Under the pieces are notes generated by a model, which saw nothing but the letters and a program-made list of their open reading frames with translations, did not search any database and was not told the origin of the DNA. 64,000 nt of DNA from Chrysomallon squamiferum (lineage: Eukaryota > Animalia > Mollusca), in NCBI GenBank assembly GCA_012295275.1, contig CM022671.1, positions 22,816,001 through 22,880,000 on the forward strand. The letters are read 5' to 3'. A program made the translations under genes and the position numbers. Positions 1 through 12,126 of this stretch are shown piece by piece (positions within the stretch are counted from its first letter, which is position 1; the number at the start of each line of letters is the position of its first letter).

Positions 1-388
1 ATTTCATGGTTTTTATTATTACATGTATAAGGTAAGATTAGTAAAATAAGACTATCTATGCCGATGTATGAATGTGCGAGAGTTGACTAAACGTCCGAAT
101 TCAATGAGTCGAATTGTTCTAGAATTAAACTGCGCGTTCCGCCATCTTCGAACATTTCTGGAATTATCTCAAGCGTCTGTTTGGCGTGACAGAAGGACGG
201 AAGAAGTATTATTTAACAAATCACTAAAGAATACACAAAACAATGATTGAGCATAGACTACTTTGTGAGTATGAACAAATGAAACCCTTTCAAAAATATT
301 TTCGTTTCACAACACCAGAAATCTCGAAAGTTCTTCACGAATGTAATTTTGTTATATTTCACAAGCACGCATACTCTATAATTATTGG

Positions 389-419
<31 letters not shown>

Positions 420-741
420 ACGTTGTTTTCATAATGAATGAATAATTTAAAAAAAAAAAAAAAAAAAAAAAATAGTAGGAAATATTGCATTGTAATGTTA
501 TTTTTGAGGCAGATAAAGCCATACTTCGTTTGACATGATAGTAACATTGTTTTAATACTTGGGAAAAATACAAATATTTTTGCCTCCTTAAATGGATTTA
601 CTGGTCTGTTTGTTTTTGTGTTTTTTTTCACATTTTTTTTTTTGTTAAAGTATTTGTCTTTGTATTACTGAAACATTTTAAGACTTAATACTGTTTACTG
701 TCTAAATCTTTAGCCAAAAAAAAAAAAAAAAAAAAACAACG

Positions 742-1943
742 TCACCTTGCAAACACTGAATGGAAGCCATTTTTAACATACGGCTCCGGAACTTTAGTCG
801 GAAATTCTAACATGGCTGTTATAAATTCCACAGCCGGTTTTACTGTCCAGGAAATACCCGTGGCGCCCTCTACGAAACCGCAGTGACCTCCTCTTTCGGT
901 GGTCACCAAGAAAAATTTAAATACGACTTAAAAATATCGTACGGAATGTTTTTTTTAACGGCTATGGGGTCGTCGAGACTGTTAAAACACAACACAGGCA
1001 CGCAAATATCGTCAACGTCGCGCACCGGGCTGTTATTCTCCCAGTACTCCTCAAGGTCACTGAACCCACTCAGGGGACAAAACACGTGCTTGTCGAATTC
1101 TCTTAAACTCTTAGCGCTCAGCGCTGCTTTCACGTCGACAGCGTCCGAGAACGATTTGGAATAAGTGCCTAAGATCTTCTGGATGTGCATCAGATACAGT
1201 TTTTCGTAAAACTTCGGAATTTGGTTGGACAGAGCGTCCTCGGCGTCGTACGACGGAGACACGCAGACGCCGGCGATTATCTTCGACGACGAGCCGAACT
1301 GTCCCAGGTACGACATCAGCAAGTCTCCTCCGGCGCCGACTCCGACGACGGCTATCTGAGACTTGGGAAATCTTTCCTTCATGTAGTTGACGACGGAGCG
1401 CAAGTCGGTCGGGTCGCCGTAGCTTTGCAGCTTGGCCGTCGTCAGCACGCTGTCCCCGTAACCGCGTCGGTTGAACACGCAGGCGCGATAACCGTTTGAA
1501 ATGGACTCGTGGCAGATCTGAGCCACGCTGGCCGCGCCTCCTATCAGGCCCGGAATGACGATGACGATTGGGTTCCTCTTGCACAGGTATTTGGAGCCCG
1601 GGGCCCAGTCCACGGCGATAACTCCCTCCTCGTCCTCCGGCAGTTGAATGTATTCTCGGAAGAACTCGTTCGTCGATTCGTGAGACGTCAGCCCCAACAC
1701 AGTCTGCACGTGCGCGTTCTGGAACCAGAACGGCAGCTTCAGAGGGCGCCGCAGCGAAACGCAGCGCGTGAGCACGTGCTGCGCGAGCGACGACTCCTTG
1801 AAGTAGAGTCTGGGGAGGCACTCCTTTGCCCGGAAGAGCGATTTCAGATACACGATGGCGGAGAGCACGACAGTGCTCAGGAAGGTCAGCACGACGGTGA
1901 TCGGGTACGACAGCAGCATCCAGAAAACACTGGACATCAGCAT
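742..1943 (-). CDS. ABHD15: ABHD15-like alpha/beta hydrolase domain protein (AB hydrolase 4 family), single coding exon, ~400 aa once a -1 frame change at ~911-921 is allowed
   Basis: GC-rich ORF 903..1943 has an N-terminal hydrophobic anchor and family motifs (NAHVQT, DW, IPGLIGG, VFNRRGYG, YGDPTDL, SYLGQFGSSS, SLREFD, YWENNSPVRDVDDICVPVLCFNSLDDP) that closely follow vertebrate ABHD15 as I recall it. The -1 frame continues FFLVTTERGGHCGFVEGATGISWTVKPAVEFITAMLEF...SVFAR to TGA at 744-742. An in-frame TAG five codons upstream of the ATG supports 1943 as the start. Confidence 0.88.
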
Positions 1944-1984
1944 CCTGCCGGATCCTGAAACTAGGGTCTAAAACAGTGTCGATC

Positions 1985-2010
1985 CTGCAATGATAAAAGA
2001 AAAAATAATA
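1985..2010 (-). other. Splice acceptor of a 5'UTR intron of ABHD15-like (exon begins at 1984; alternative AG at 1955-1956)
   Basis: Minus strand reads T-rich tract then TTTTATCATTGCAG|GATCG, 41 nt before the ATG, where composition switches from AT-rich to GC-rich. Confidence 0.6.
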
Positions 2011-2292
2011 AAAAAAAAACAACAACAACAACAACAAAAAAACATCAGTATGCCATGATTTTAAAAATAAACTGAACACTTTTTAACTTTGTATAATAAT
2101 AACTGACATACCTCTGTCTTCATTGTTCGAAGTTATCATTGTAAGATAAAAAAAAAAAAGAAGAAGAAGAAGAAGAAAAAGAAGAAGCATAAGAAATTAA
2201 AAAACGAAAGGAAGAGAAAACGGTAATCAAGAAAACAAGCAAAACAAAAAAACAGTCAATACTATATTCCTAATAGTTTAACTAGTAAACAA

Positions 2293-2325
<33 letters not shown>

Positions 2326-2699
2326 ATACGTGGATAAATAAATATTTAATTTTTGATGTGTGGGCACATTTTTGCTCCAAAGAGAGATCTGTTAAAGTAG
2401 GCACACTACTGTTTTAAGGATGGCACGCTTTCAAAACTCATAACACACTTTAGCAGTGGTGATTCACAGAGGAATACGCTTCACGTTTTCCTGGGGTTTT
2501 TTTAAATCAGAATCGCATTCACTAAATAAGATGCAGTAACTCATCTTTAGATACATATAACAGTCAAGTGTGTAAACCGAAACCAGGATAAAAAGAAAAG
2601 AAAAAAAAAAAACACCAGAAGTTTACTGAATACTGGTTAATTTAGTTTAAGTCTTGTGGTAGGTTCTGCAAAGCTCCTTATCAGTCGCAGGTCACTAAC

Positions 2700-2770
2700 A
2701 AACCAATACGTGCTGATTGGCTTTCAAGTGGGATGAACTGTGCAAGCTCATATGCGCAGATGACGTCAGA
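2700..2770. promoter_or_regulatory. Candidate proximal regulatory module (CCAAT, inverted CCAAT, full CRE)
   Basis: CCAAT at 2703-2707, ATTGG at 2716-2720, TGACGTCA at 2761-2768, ~0.8 kb upstream of the ABHD15 ATG. Motif match only. Confidence 0.3.
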
Positions 2771-3577
2771 AGAACGTGCCATGGAAGAGGTTCTCATGGC
2801 AGTGTTACATCAAAACTGACAGCGAAGATTTAAAAAAAAAAAAAAACCAAGTGGTCAGTTTTTCCCTTTTATTTAAGGTCAGCCATTGTGATTATTTAAA
2901 GATAACGGTGCAGCATTATTTATTCCGCAGTGTTCTTCAATAAAATTCTTAAAAAAAAAAACCCCAAAATCCCTAATACAAACCGGGACATAACTATTTA
3001 ATATTTCCCTTTGAAAGATGGGTAATGGGAAAAACAATATATAACACACACCCCTCCATCAACAACTGTTTCACGAAATGCCACTAGGCGTATTCGAGCA
3101 GAGAGGTTTTCCTGTACGTAATGAAAAACAATAACACACGTGGCTCGCTCATCTGGCCTTCTTACTGTGTGGGAAACCTCTTCGGTTTCTTGCCCAGTTT
3201 TACGTGGCTTACTGGATCGGGCGATATCATCTATGAGTTGGGAGAACTGCTGAACGATTAACCCAGACGAGTGTCAAGAGACGAATCTCAGACGTCAGCG
3301 GAAGCATCCTGTTTGAGTTTATTAAAAGACTGGGTTAAAGAAACGTTTCGTGTGTGTCTTGCAGTATGCGTGGTTTTCCGCTTGCGAAACAACAAACAAA
3401 ACGGTATAGAAGAAAGTGGAATAAAAAAAAAAAAAAAAAAATTTGACAAAGAGTTTCGAAAGATTATTAAAAAGCAGAAAAACAAATAAATTTAGAAAGG
3501 AGAGAAGAAACGGCTAAAAAGATAGCAAAAAAAAAGGAATAAAGATAGGTGAACGAATAAGGTTTTATAAAACTGTT

Positions 3578-3920
3578 GGTATGTATGTATGTATGTTTGT
3601 TTGTATGTATGTATGTATGTATGTATGTATGTATGTATGTATGTATGTACGTATGTACGTATGTATGTTTGTGTAAATATATATATGTGTTTATATGTAT
3701 GTCTCTAGTCTGTGAGTCTCTCTATTTATCTACCTACTACCAGTCTATGTATCAATATATCTACCTATTGACCTACATACCTATAATTGTCTTCATACCT
3801 ATCTACGTACCTACTTATTTGTCAATCAATCTATCTATCTATCTCTCTACCTATCTATCTCTCTATCTATCTATCTCTCTATCTCTCTGTCTATCTCTCT
3901 ATCTCCCTATTTCTGTCTGT
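3578..3920. repeat. (TATG)n and (CTAT)n compound microsatellite
   Basis: Directly visible. Confidence 0.9.
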
Positions 3921-4828
3921 ATAGATTTATTTGCACTGAAGGAAACTAGTGACCTGTCTTCGAGGCAGGCTCTGGTTGAAAGCCTGAAGCAATTATTACC
4001 TTGGTATACACAAAATTACCTCGTTTATTAAAATACACCTCCTAGCCATTGTTATCACAGATACTTTTTAAAACACTATTAAACAGTGGGCCCCGGGTTA
4101 AATTTATCTTCCCACATACAAAACACGGATATTCTTCCACTGTTAACTCAAACGATATCTGATAATCGCCAGAGATATGTTAATAAGAAAAAGACATAAA
4201 AATAAATATAGATTTATTAAATAGGGAGTTTACTGTATATTGCCCCACACCCGAATGCCACTCCTGTTTATAATATATCTGCTGAAAGTTTAAAAAAAAA
4301 TTAATATATATATATAAAAAAAACCAATAATAACAATAATAATATAAAAAAACCCAATAAATAATAGTAATAATAAAAAATATATTAAAAAAAAAAAAAA
4401 ATGATTAAAACATAAAAAATTATCTAAAAAGTAAACGAAAGGTTAGAAAAGATAGAACTGAATGAAACAGATAAGGAATTAATGACGAAAATTATTTTGA
4501 AACGAAATATGAGATAGATAGAGACTGACTGATAGATAGACATATAGATAGATAGAAAGAAAGAAAGAGAAAGTAATAAGGTATTAACAGAATAAAGGGA
4601 AAAACGTAGGCAGTAAGACTTCATATCCTGTTTTATTTTTGCATATTACTTCACTGGAACTTTCACGAAAATTTACTGTAGGCAAAACCGTGATAACAAG
4701 CGTGGTAAAAGTAATAAAACCCGCACCTTGCAGTAACTATTTGAATTCTCAGACCAAGTTCATTGTATTCCGATACAAAAACACTTTAGGAAAGTGTACA
4801 AGTATTCCATTGAACATTATACGTGTTC

Positions 4829-4864
<36 letters not shown>

Positions 4865-5655
4865 TTACGTCGGAAACTTCCTTATGTGAACAGAGAGAGA
4901 GAGAGCGTCTTAATCTTCACTTTATTTGTCGTGGACTCAGAATAATCACTCACGTATTGATTCTGCTGCATGTTTACATGCAACAGAAGTGCTAGACAGT
5001 ATAACACAAGCTTTTATTTCGCTCTCATATCTCTCATAACTCTGTGCAGTGACTCACACGCCTCAAAGAAAAGAAAAGAAAAGAAAAAAAAATATATATA
5101 TATATATGTCACAAACTGTATCTGGTGCGGTGCAAGTTAACCTGAAAACAAACTGACTGAATCAAGGACGAAAGTCGTTTCGTAGAAGTAAGTGTCTAAA
5201 TAGTGAGTACGCCTGGAGTAATTCTACTCCAGCTAGTACAAAAGATGGGATGAAATAATCTTCAGTTTTAAAAGTATCACGGTTTCAGCAGATACACTAG
5301 ATTAATTCGGTTGTTGAGACTGCAACAAAGGTTACATGGCAAGCGTGTTGTCTTTCAACAAAGAAGAAAGAAGAAGAAGATGATGATGAAAACGTGATAA
5401 AAAAAAAAAAAGAAAAGATAAAGAAAGAAGTAAAAAACGATATACGAATAGAGGATGTCGGGGAAAAAAAAAAAAAAAAAAAAAAAACAGAGAAAGAAGA
5501 AAATGAGAAAAGAAAGAATAAGATAGTTGAAAAAGACTAGAAGAAGAACAATAAATTAACGGACAAAATAAAAATAACAATGAGAAGCAAAATGAAGAGC
5601 AATAAAGATAAAAAAATAAATATAAAAAGAACATAGATAATAATATTTTCTTTGC

Positions 5656-5658
<3 letters not shown>

Positions 5659-5743
<85 letters not shown>

Positions 5744-5760
5744 AAGAGAGAGAGAGAGAG
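5659..5760. repeat. (GA)n/(GACA)n microsatellite
   Basis: Directly visible. Confidence 0.95.
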
Positions 5761-6669
5761 ATGTCGAGTTTCGTTATTTATTCTTCTGTGTAAAGTGTTA
5801 GAAAAATAACCACACACATATAAATTGACTTAAAATTATTAAATCGTACTGAAATGTATTTTAGTCTGTGTGTTTAACACTGCTTGTGTATACACCGTGT
5901 GTCGCGTAGTTAAGTTAGACAACAGGACACATGGTCGAAAAGTACTCAGTAAATAAACATTCGTTCATCTCTAATTAAAATACTGCTATTGTTACCCGTG
6001 ACCGTATAATATATATTTTTACTTCCTTTTTATTAGGACATTTCTGTTAATGTCTATTGATGTATTTTTTTCATTACCTGCTCGTCATACCCTGCTGATA
6101 TATATATGAAACAAGACGTTTTAATTGGTGTCAGCTATTACATTACGGCTAGCTAGCAGTCCAGGGTGATTAACTGTTTTTATTAAAACATTTTGTTGTT
6201 TATTTCTCGAATCTGGTCACGGACTGAGCAGGGGATGGGTATAAATTCTGCTCGCTGTGACAGTAATATGAAAAATCGGGAGACAGTCCAGTCCGTGTGT
6301 GCGTGCGTGTTTGATGTTACAAGACACGATTTCCGGGTTATGTAGTGTGTTACCCTAACATTCGGTGTTAAGTATGTGAAAACGTAGCGTTTACAGGGAA
6401 ACGTGTAAAATAAAAATGAATCATCACGTAACGTTAAATATAGCTTGTCCCTTGTAAGCTCCCCTGCACGAACGGAGAAGGAAATAAAAAATAGAAATAC
6501 ATTTTTTTTTTACTACGATATGTTATATTTTAGTAAAAATGAATAATAACAATAATAATAATTAAAAAAAACCCCAAAATAGAGGAGGTTGTTGAGGAAA
6601 TAAAAATAACAAAATTAAAAAATAAATAAAAGAAGAATAGTTATTGCTTATGTTAAAAAGAGTTATTAT

Positions 6670-6701
<32 letters not shown>

Positions 6702-7070
6702 ATTATTCAGAGAATGGCCTACGATCAAAAGAAACACATTTGCGCGGATCCTAAGCGAGGCGCCTCGTTTTCAAAAGCTATATCCACCATTAATATGACG
6801 ACATCCTTTTTCTTCATAAATGTTCGACCCGTCCCTGACATCATGAATGAAAATGTCGTTAAATATCTTTAAAACTCGCTCGAGAAATTATATTAAAAGA
6901 CAGTGTGAAATACTGAAATGTGTAATTAGGTGTTTACGATCTATTACATTCGTATTAATGCATTTCAAGCTAACTGCAGAAACGTTTCGCATAACACGCA
7001 TCATCATTGTACTTTCACTGAAATTTATGGGACACAATATTACATATATTAAACATTAATTCTGTGTGAT

Positions 7071-7102
<32 letters not shown>

Positions 7103-8049
7103 TGTGTGTTTTTTTCATTTCTAATTCCTGGTTTACTCGATTCGCTGGTTACGTCGCTGTATACACAGACTGAGTGGCAGTAATAAAGAGTTACCGGATT
7201 ACTTCATAAAATAAAAACAATGTTAATCACATATCTATACCAAATGTTACATACGTATCTCTCTCTCTCTATATATGTGTATATTTGTTTGTACGTGTGC
7301 GTTCGTGCGTCTGTGACAGAAAACACGGAGTGAGAAAGCTATTTAACTACGTATTCAGCTATCCCACGCGCACTCTGCAACACCCACACGCACACGCGCA
7401 CACGTGCACACACGCACGCTAACAGCTCAAAAACGCATATTTCACATGCGAATGCTTTTGAAATTAATCATTATAATCGACAATGCACACAATGCGACAG
7501 CGTACTACGACACCGTGCTTTCTGTAGGCGAGCTGTGACATATGAAAACACAGACACGGTGACTGTGACTATTGCAACATGCTTCCAGCACGATGGCTCC
7601 CTGATTTACTGCTTCCAATACAAAAGTTTAAATGTCAACGGTTCTCGAGTCGACTCTGAACTTACATTAATCTTTCTCGCACACCAACACACACACACAA
7701 GCAAACATATGAATAATTTTCAAGCGTCTAAATGGTGTATCCGTTTAATACAAACAAGCGGGTTACACCTATATATAAATTATTTACAAGCTCTTTCGTT
7801 TATGTTAAATACTCGTTTCGATGTAGGGCTGCTTTCCGATCAAAGTGTTCTAATAACACTTGTAAATTATCCCAGATTTTGCTTTAATGTTTATTTTATT
7901 GTCCACAACGTTTAGTATGCCGTGAGTCAGCAAATAGTGAATTTTGACATTTCGCTGAACGATTTAAATATTTAAGTTACACAGAAATTATATGTTTAGT
8001 GATGATGGCTTTTATCTGTTTAAATGTTAAATTTCCAGTTCAGTTCCGG

Positions 8050-8166
<117 letters not shown>

Positions 8167-8356
8167 TTGTTTTTAATCTTTCTGTCTGTCTGTCTCTGTT
8201 TGTATTAATCTTTCTATCTCTGAACGTCTATCTTATCTCTCCATATTTCTGTCTGTCTGTCTATTTCTCTTTCTTGTCTCTGGCTGACTCAATCATGTGC
8301 AGGTATGTCATATTCTACTTCTGGTTTATAATAACCTGAATTAATTTTAAATCGGC

Positions 8357-8418
<62 letters not shown>

Positions 8419-8828
8419 TAACAACAACAACAATAATAGCATTAGTAGTAGTAGTAGTAGTTGTTGCAGTAGTAGTACTAGTAGTAGTAACAAAACAACA
8501 ACAACAACAACAGTAATAATAATAATGGACAGCTAATTAATGAGTAAATATGCAGATCCACGAAGGTACTTCCAGACAAAGTGTTCATTGTTATGCATTA
8601 ACTCGTCTGCGCACATGATTTACATGACAGTGTGTACACAGCGTATTATCATCCGAAATTAATCACCTAGCTATCTTTCCCCACGCTCAGATTACAAAAT
8701 ATTTACGTAAAGTCAGGTCTATTAAATCTGTTAAAGATTTTGTTAAAATTAGCACTTGAAAACTGAAGAACCAAAATACTTGCATAGACTGTAACATTAC
8801 TATATTAATACTGATTGCGCATATACAC

Positions 8829-8890
<62 letters not shown>

Positions 8891-9042
8891 AAAGAAGAAA
8901 AAAAAACAGAATGAGAAACACATATATGTTATAAATATATAATATAATATAATATAATATAATATAATAATAATATAATATAACGTAACATAACATAACT
9001 TAATAAGAAAGAGTAATACTTTTCATCAACATCACTAACCAC

Positions 9043-9275
9043 ACTTACCTATGACATTCTTCACACGTGAGAAGTGTCTGTACGAGTTACTGTTCCTTTA
9101 TATAATAATAACAGTTCATAAACAACAGGCTTGCCTGCCACAGGCTATTCGGCCAAGCCCGACTGAAAACTAACCTTGCTTGTTGCTTCTATTGCAATAC
9201 ATTTGAACAGCCGCGAATCCTAGCCTCGAACGAGATCATTTAGCTGTGACGTCAGAACTCCGTGTGCACCAATAC
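9043..9275 (-). promoter_or_regulatory. Candidate TATA promoter and short non-coding first exon (~9049-9075) of ABHD15-like
   Basis: Minus strand has TATATAAAG (9104-9096), Inr-like CACTTC ~29 nt downstream, then a perfect donor AG|GTAAGT at 9049/9048. A CRE (9247-9254) and CCAAT (9269-9273) lie upstream. Confidence 0.4.
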
Positions 9276-10040
9276 TGTGTCTGGAATAAATTAAATCAAA
9301 ACGTCAGCGAGCGACTACCTTATAGAAAAAGAAGAAGCAGAAGAAGAAGAAAAAAAGAAGAAATAAATGGGAAATAAATATAAAACCTTATTTTTTTTTT
9401 TTCTTCATTCCTGGAACTAGTTAATACATTTCGTGATTTTACAGGCAGGAATATTTTTAACGGCTCAGTTTGTCGGATAATTTTTTTTTCTTTTCGTTTT
9501 CTTTCATTAGGCGCAGTTTGGTATTGTGTGAGAACCTGAGAGCGGGAAGCGAAATCAATCGCGTTTGACGTCACTCTGACGGAAGGATGACAATGAAAGG
9601 GTAACTGGGGCACCTAGTAAATAAATACGGTGTTAATAGAAAAGAATTTCCTAACACCGTGAAATCACAGCAGAACTGTTACACAGGACAACAAAGGTAT
9701 CAGTAACAACACTATTGGATAAATTTACAGTGTTACCTCGTATAACAAAATATGAAAAGGAAGAAGGAAAAAAAAAGAAGAAGGAAATAAATAAATAAAA
9801 AAAAAAAAAAAAAAAAAAAAAAAAGAAAAAGAAAAAAGAAACAAGAAAGAAAAAGAAAAGAAAAAAAAAAGAAGAAAAGAAATAGAAGGGGAAAACTATT
9901 AAAGAAAAATAATTAGAATTTTATCGTATTTATAAAATCAACTGGTTCCTTTTTAATTGAAAAATCACCAATTAATAGTGATCTGATTAAATGACTCAGA
10001 ATGTAACGTTTTTCACCTTTTCTTTTCAATGACAGTAGTT

Positions 10041-10101
<61 letters not shown>

Positions 10102-10119
10102 ACGACGATTCTTACGGTA

Positions 10120-10160
<41 letters not shown>

Positions 10161-10714
10161 CAACAACAACAACAACAACAACAATAATGTATTTTTATAT
10201 ACGCGTATTTTTATTAATTCTAAAAAATATTTAAACACTCATTTAATTTGAAATATTGCTAGTATTTGGAACAGCAGTAGAAATGTACTCGGTAGATGAA
10301 TCTGTGTCACCATTATTAATAATAGATGTAAAAATAAACGAAGCGTGCGTTATTTGGAATACGAGATAATAAATAAATAAATATACGCGACGTTAATTAT
10401 TCAATAATTTTCATAATTAGTAGTCGTTTAGTTGAAAAAAGACGGCGGGAACACATTATTCGCGCGGTTGTTGCAGTGCAGCCGACAGAAGCAAAAGCAG
10501 CAGTGAGTGACGTCAAGTGAAAACAAACGACAGTGAAAACGGCTGCCTCAGCAGTCACTATAAACCTAGTAACAATAGACGTGTTTTGATTTAATTATTC
10601 GTTTACGGCCACACACGCCACATGCTGCACGTGGTAGGCGGAGTCAAATATTTATGAAAACGGCTCGTGACCTCAGTTCTGGTAAATGACCTAATTCATA
10701 AATATTAAGTGGGA

Positions 10715-10755
<41 letters not shown>

Positions 10756-10769
10756 ATTTTCTCTGTTAC

Positions 10770-10800
<31 letters not shown>

Positions 10801-11194
10801 TGTCTAATAATTGTGAACGGAAAAAAAAAAAAAACGGGGCCTAGGTGTTTGATATTGTGTGTTAAATGTACAAGACAAGACAATGCTATGTGATGTAGAT
10901 ACAGAAAGATGTAACGCTTATCTTTTCTTTGTGAATGTGTATCACTGTCATATTTGTTTTGGCAATCGTACAAAGTGTTAATTTCCAATTAAAACTGATA
11001 TTATAATCTCCTAATTACTTCAAATACATACATACATACATACATATATATATTAATAATAATATATTATACACACACATATATAGTTTTGGTATCACAC
11101 GAATCAAACAGATTTCGTTGGCAAAACATACGCAATTATAGAACTGGTTTTTATATATATTTCTCTGTTTATATGATTCTCTTTCATCTCTCTT

Positions 11195-11266
<72 letters not shown>

Positions 11267-11274
11267 CAGACAAA

Positions 11275-11333
<59 letters not shown>

Positions 11334-11840
11334 GTATTATTACTACGCACACTCTTCTGTAACGATACAGCTCAAAACAAATCTGATATCTTGTTAATTC
11401 GTTCACAGGTGTTTTATTTTTTTTATTATTATTTTTTTTAAATTAATTTATTTTTTAACTGGGTATATATATATATATATATTCTATGATATCTGGTATC
11501 ATTTTGTTTTAATGACCTTCAATTTATCGGTCAATCCCACAATAAAGAAATATTCCAGTCTTTAATCCCCGATACCCTTTCATAATAACAAATGTCACGC
11601 TTGGTCGAATTCACGTGTGTGTTATGTTGTCAAATGACACTGTTGTTTAACAGTCGTCTCAAAAGACAATCAAAAATGCTATAATTCTATTATCATCAGG
11701 ACTTATAAGGTCACTCCAGTGGTATGAATGAATGGTGAAACGACATACCAGCACGCAAAAAGCAGATCGGCTACCCTTTAAATACCCCCAAAACAACAAC
11801 AAAACCACCACAAACATAAAGACACACATCTATGCAAAGC

Positions 11841-11903
<63 letters not shown>

Positions 11904-12039
11904 CAAATCAAATCAAAATCAAAATAAAATACAAATAATAAAATCAAATGTAGGAAATGAATGACCACAGAAATTAACGCATGTATGTACATACTTTTTA
12001 AAATATATTTACCTGTTTGTATAACGTGCATAATAAGCT

Positions 12040-12047
<8 letters not shown>

Positions 12048-12124
<77 letters not shown>
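12048..12124. repeat. (GT)n microsatellite
   Basis: Directly visible. Confidence 0.95.

Positions 12125-12126
<2 letters not shown>

Noticed and set aside
123-148. YY1/Kozak-like AAGATGGCGG on the minus strand
   Set aside because: The ATG gives only MAERAV-stop. No gene start is supported, and it probably lies in or after the ABHD15 3'UTR.
948-956. A AAA AAC slippery heptamer upstream in the ABHD15 ORF
   Set aside because: A -1 slip here reaches a TAA after six further codons and does not join the conserved C-terminus.
1111-2079. 322-aa alternative-frame ORF and plus-strand ORFs overlapping ABHD15-like
   Set aside because: Shadow ORFs expected from a GC3-rich CDS. The long one starts in low-complexity intron sequence and has no motifs.
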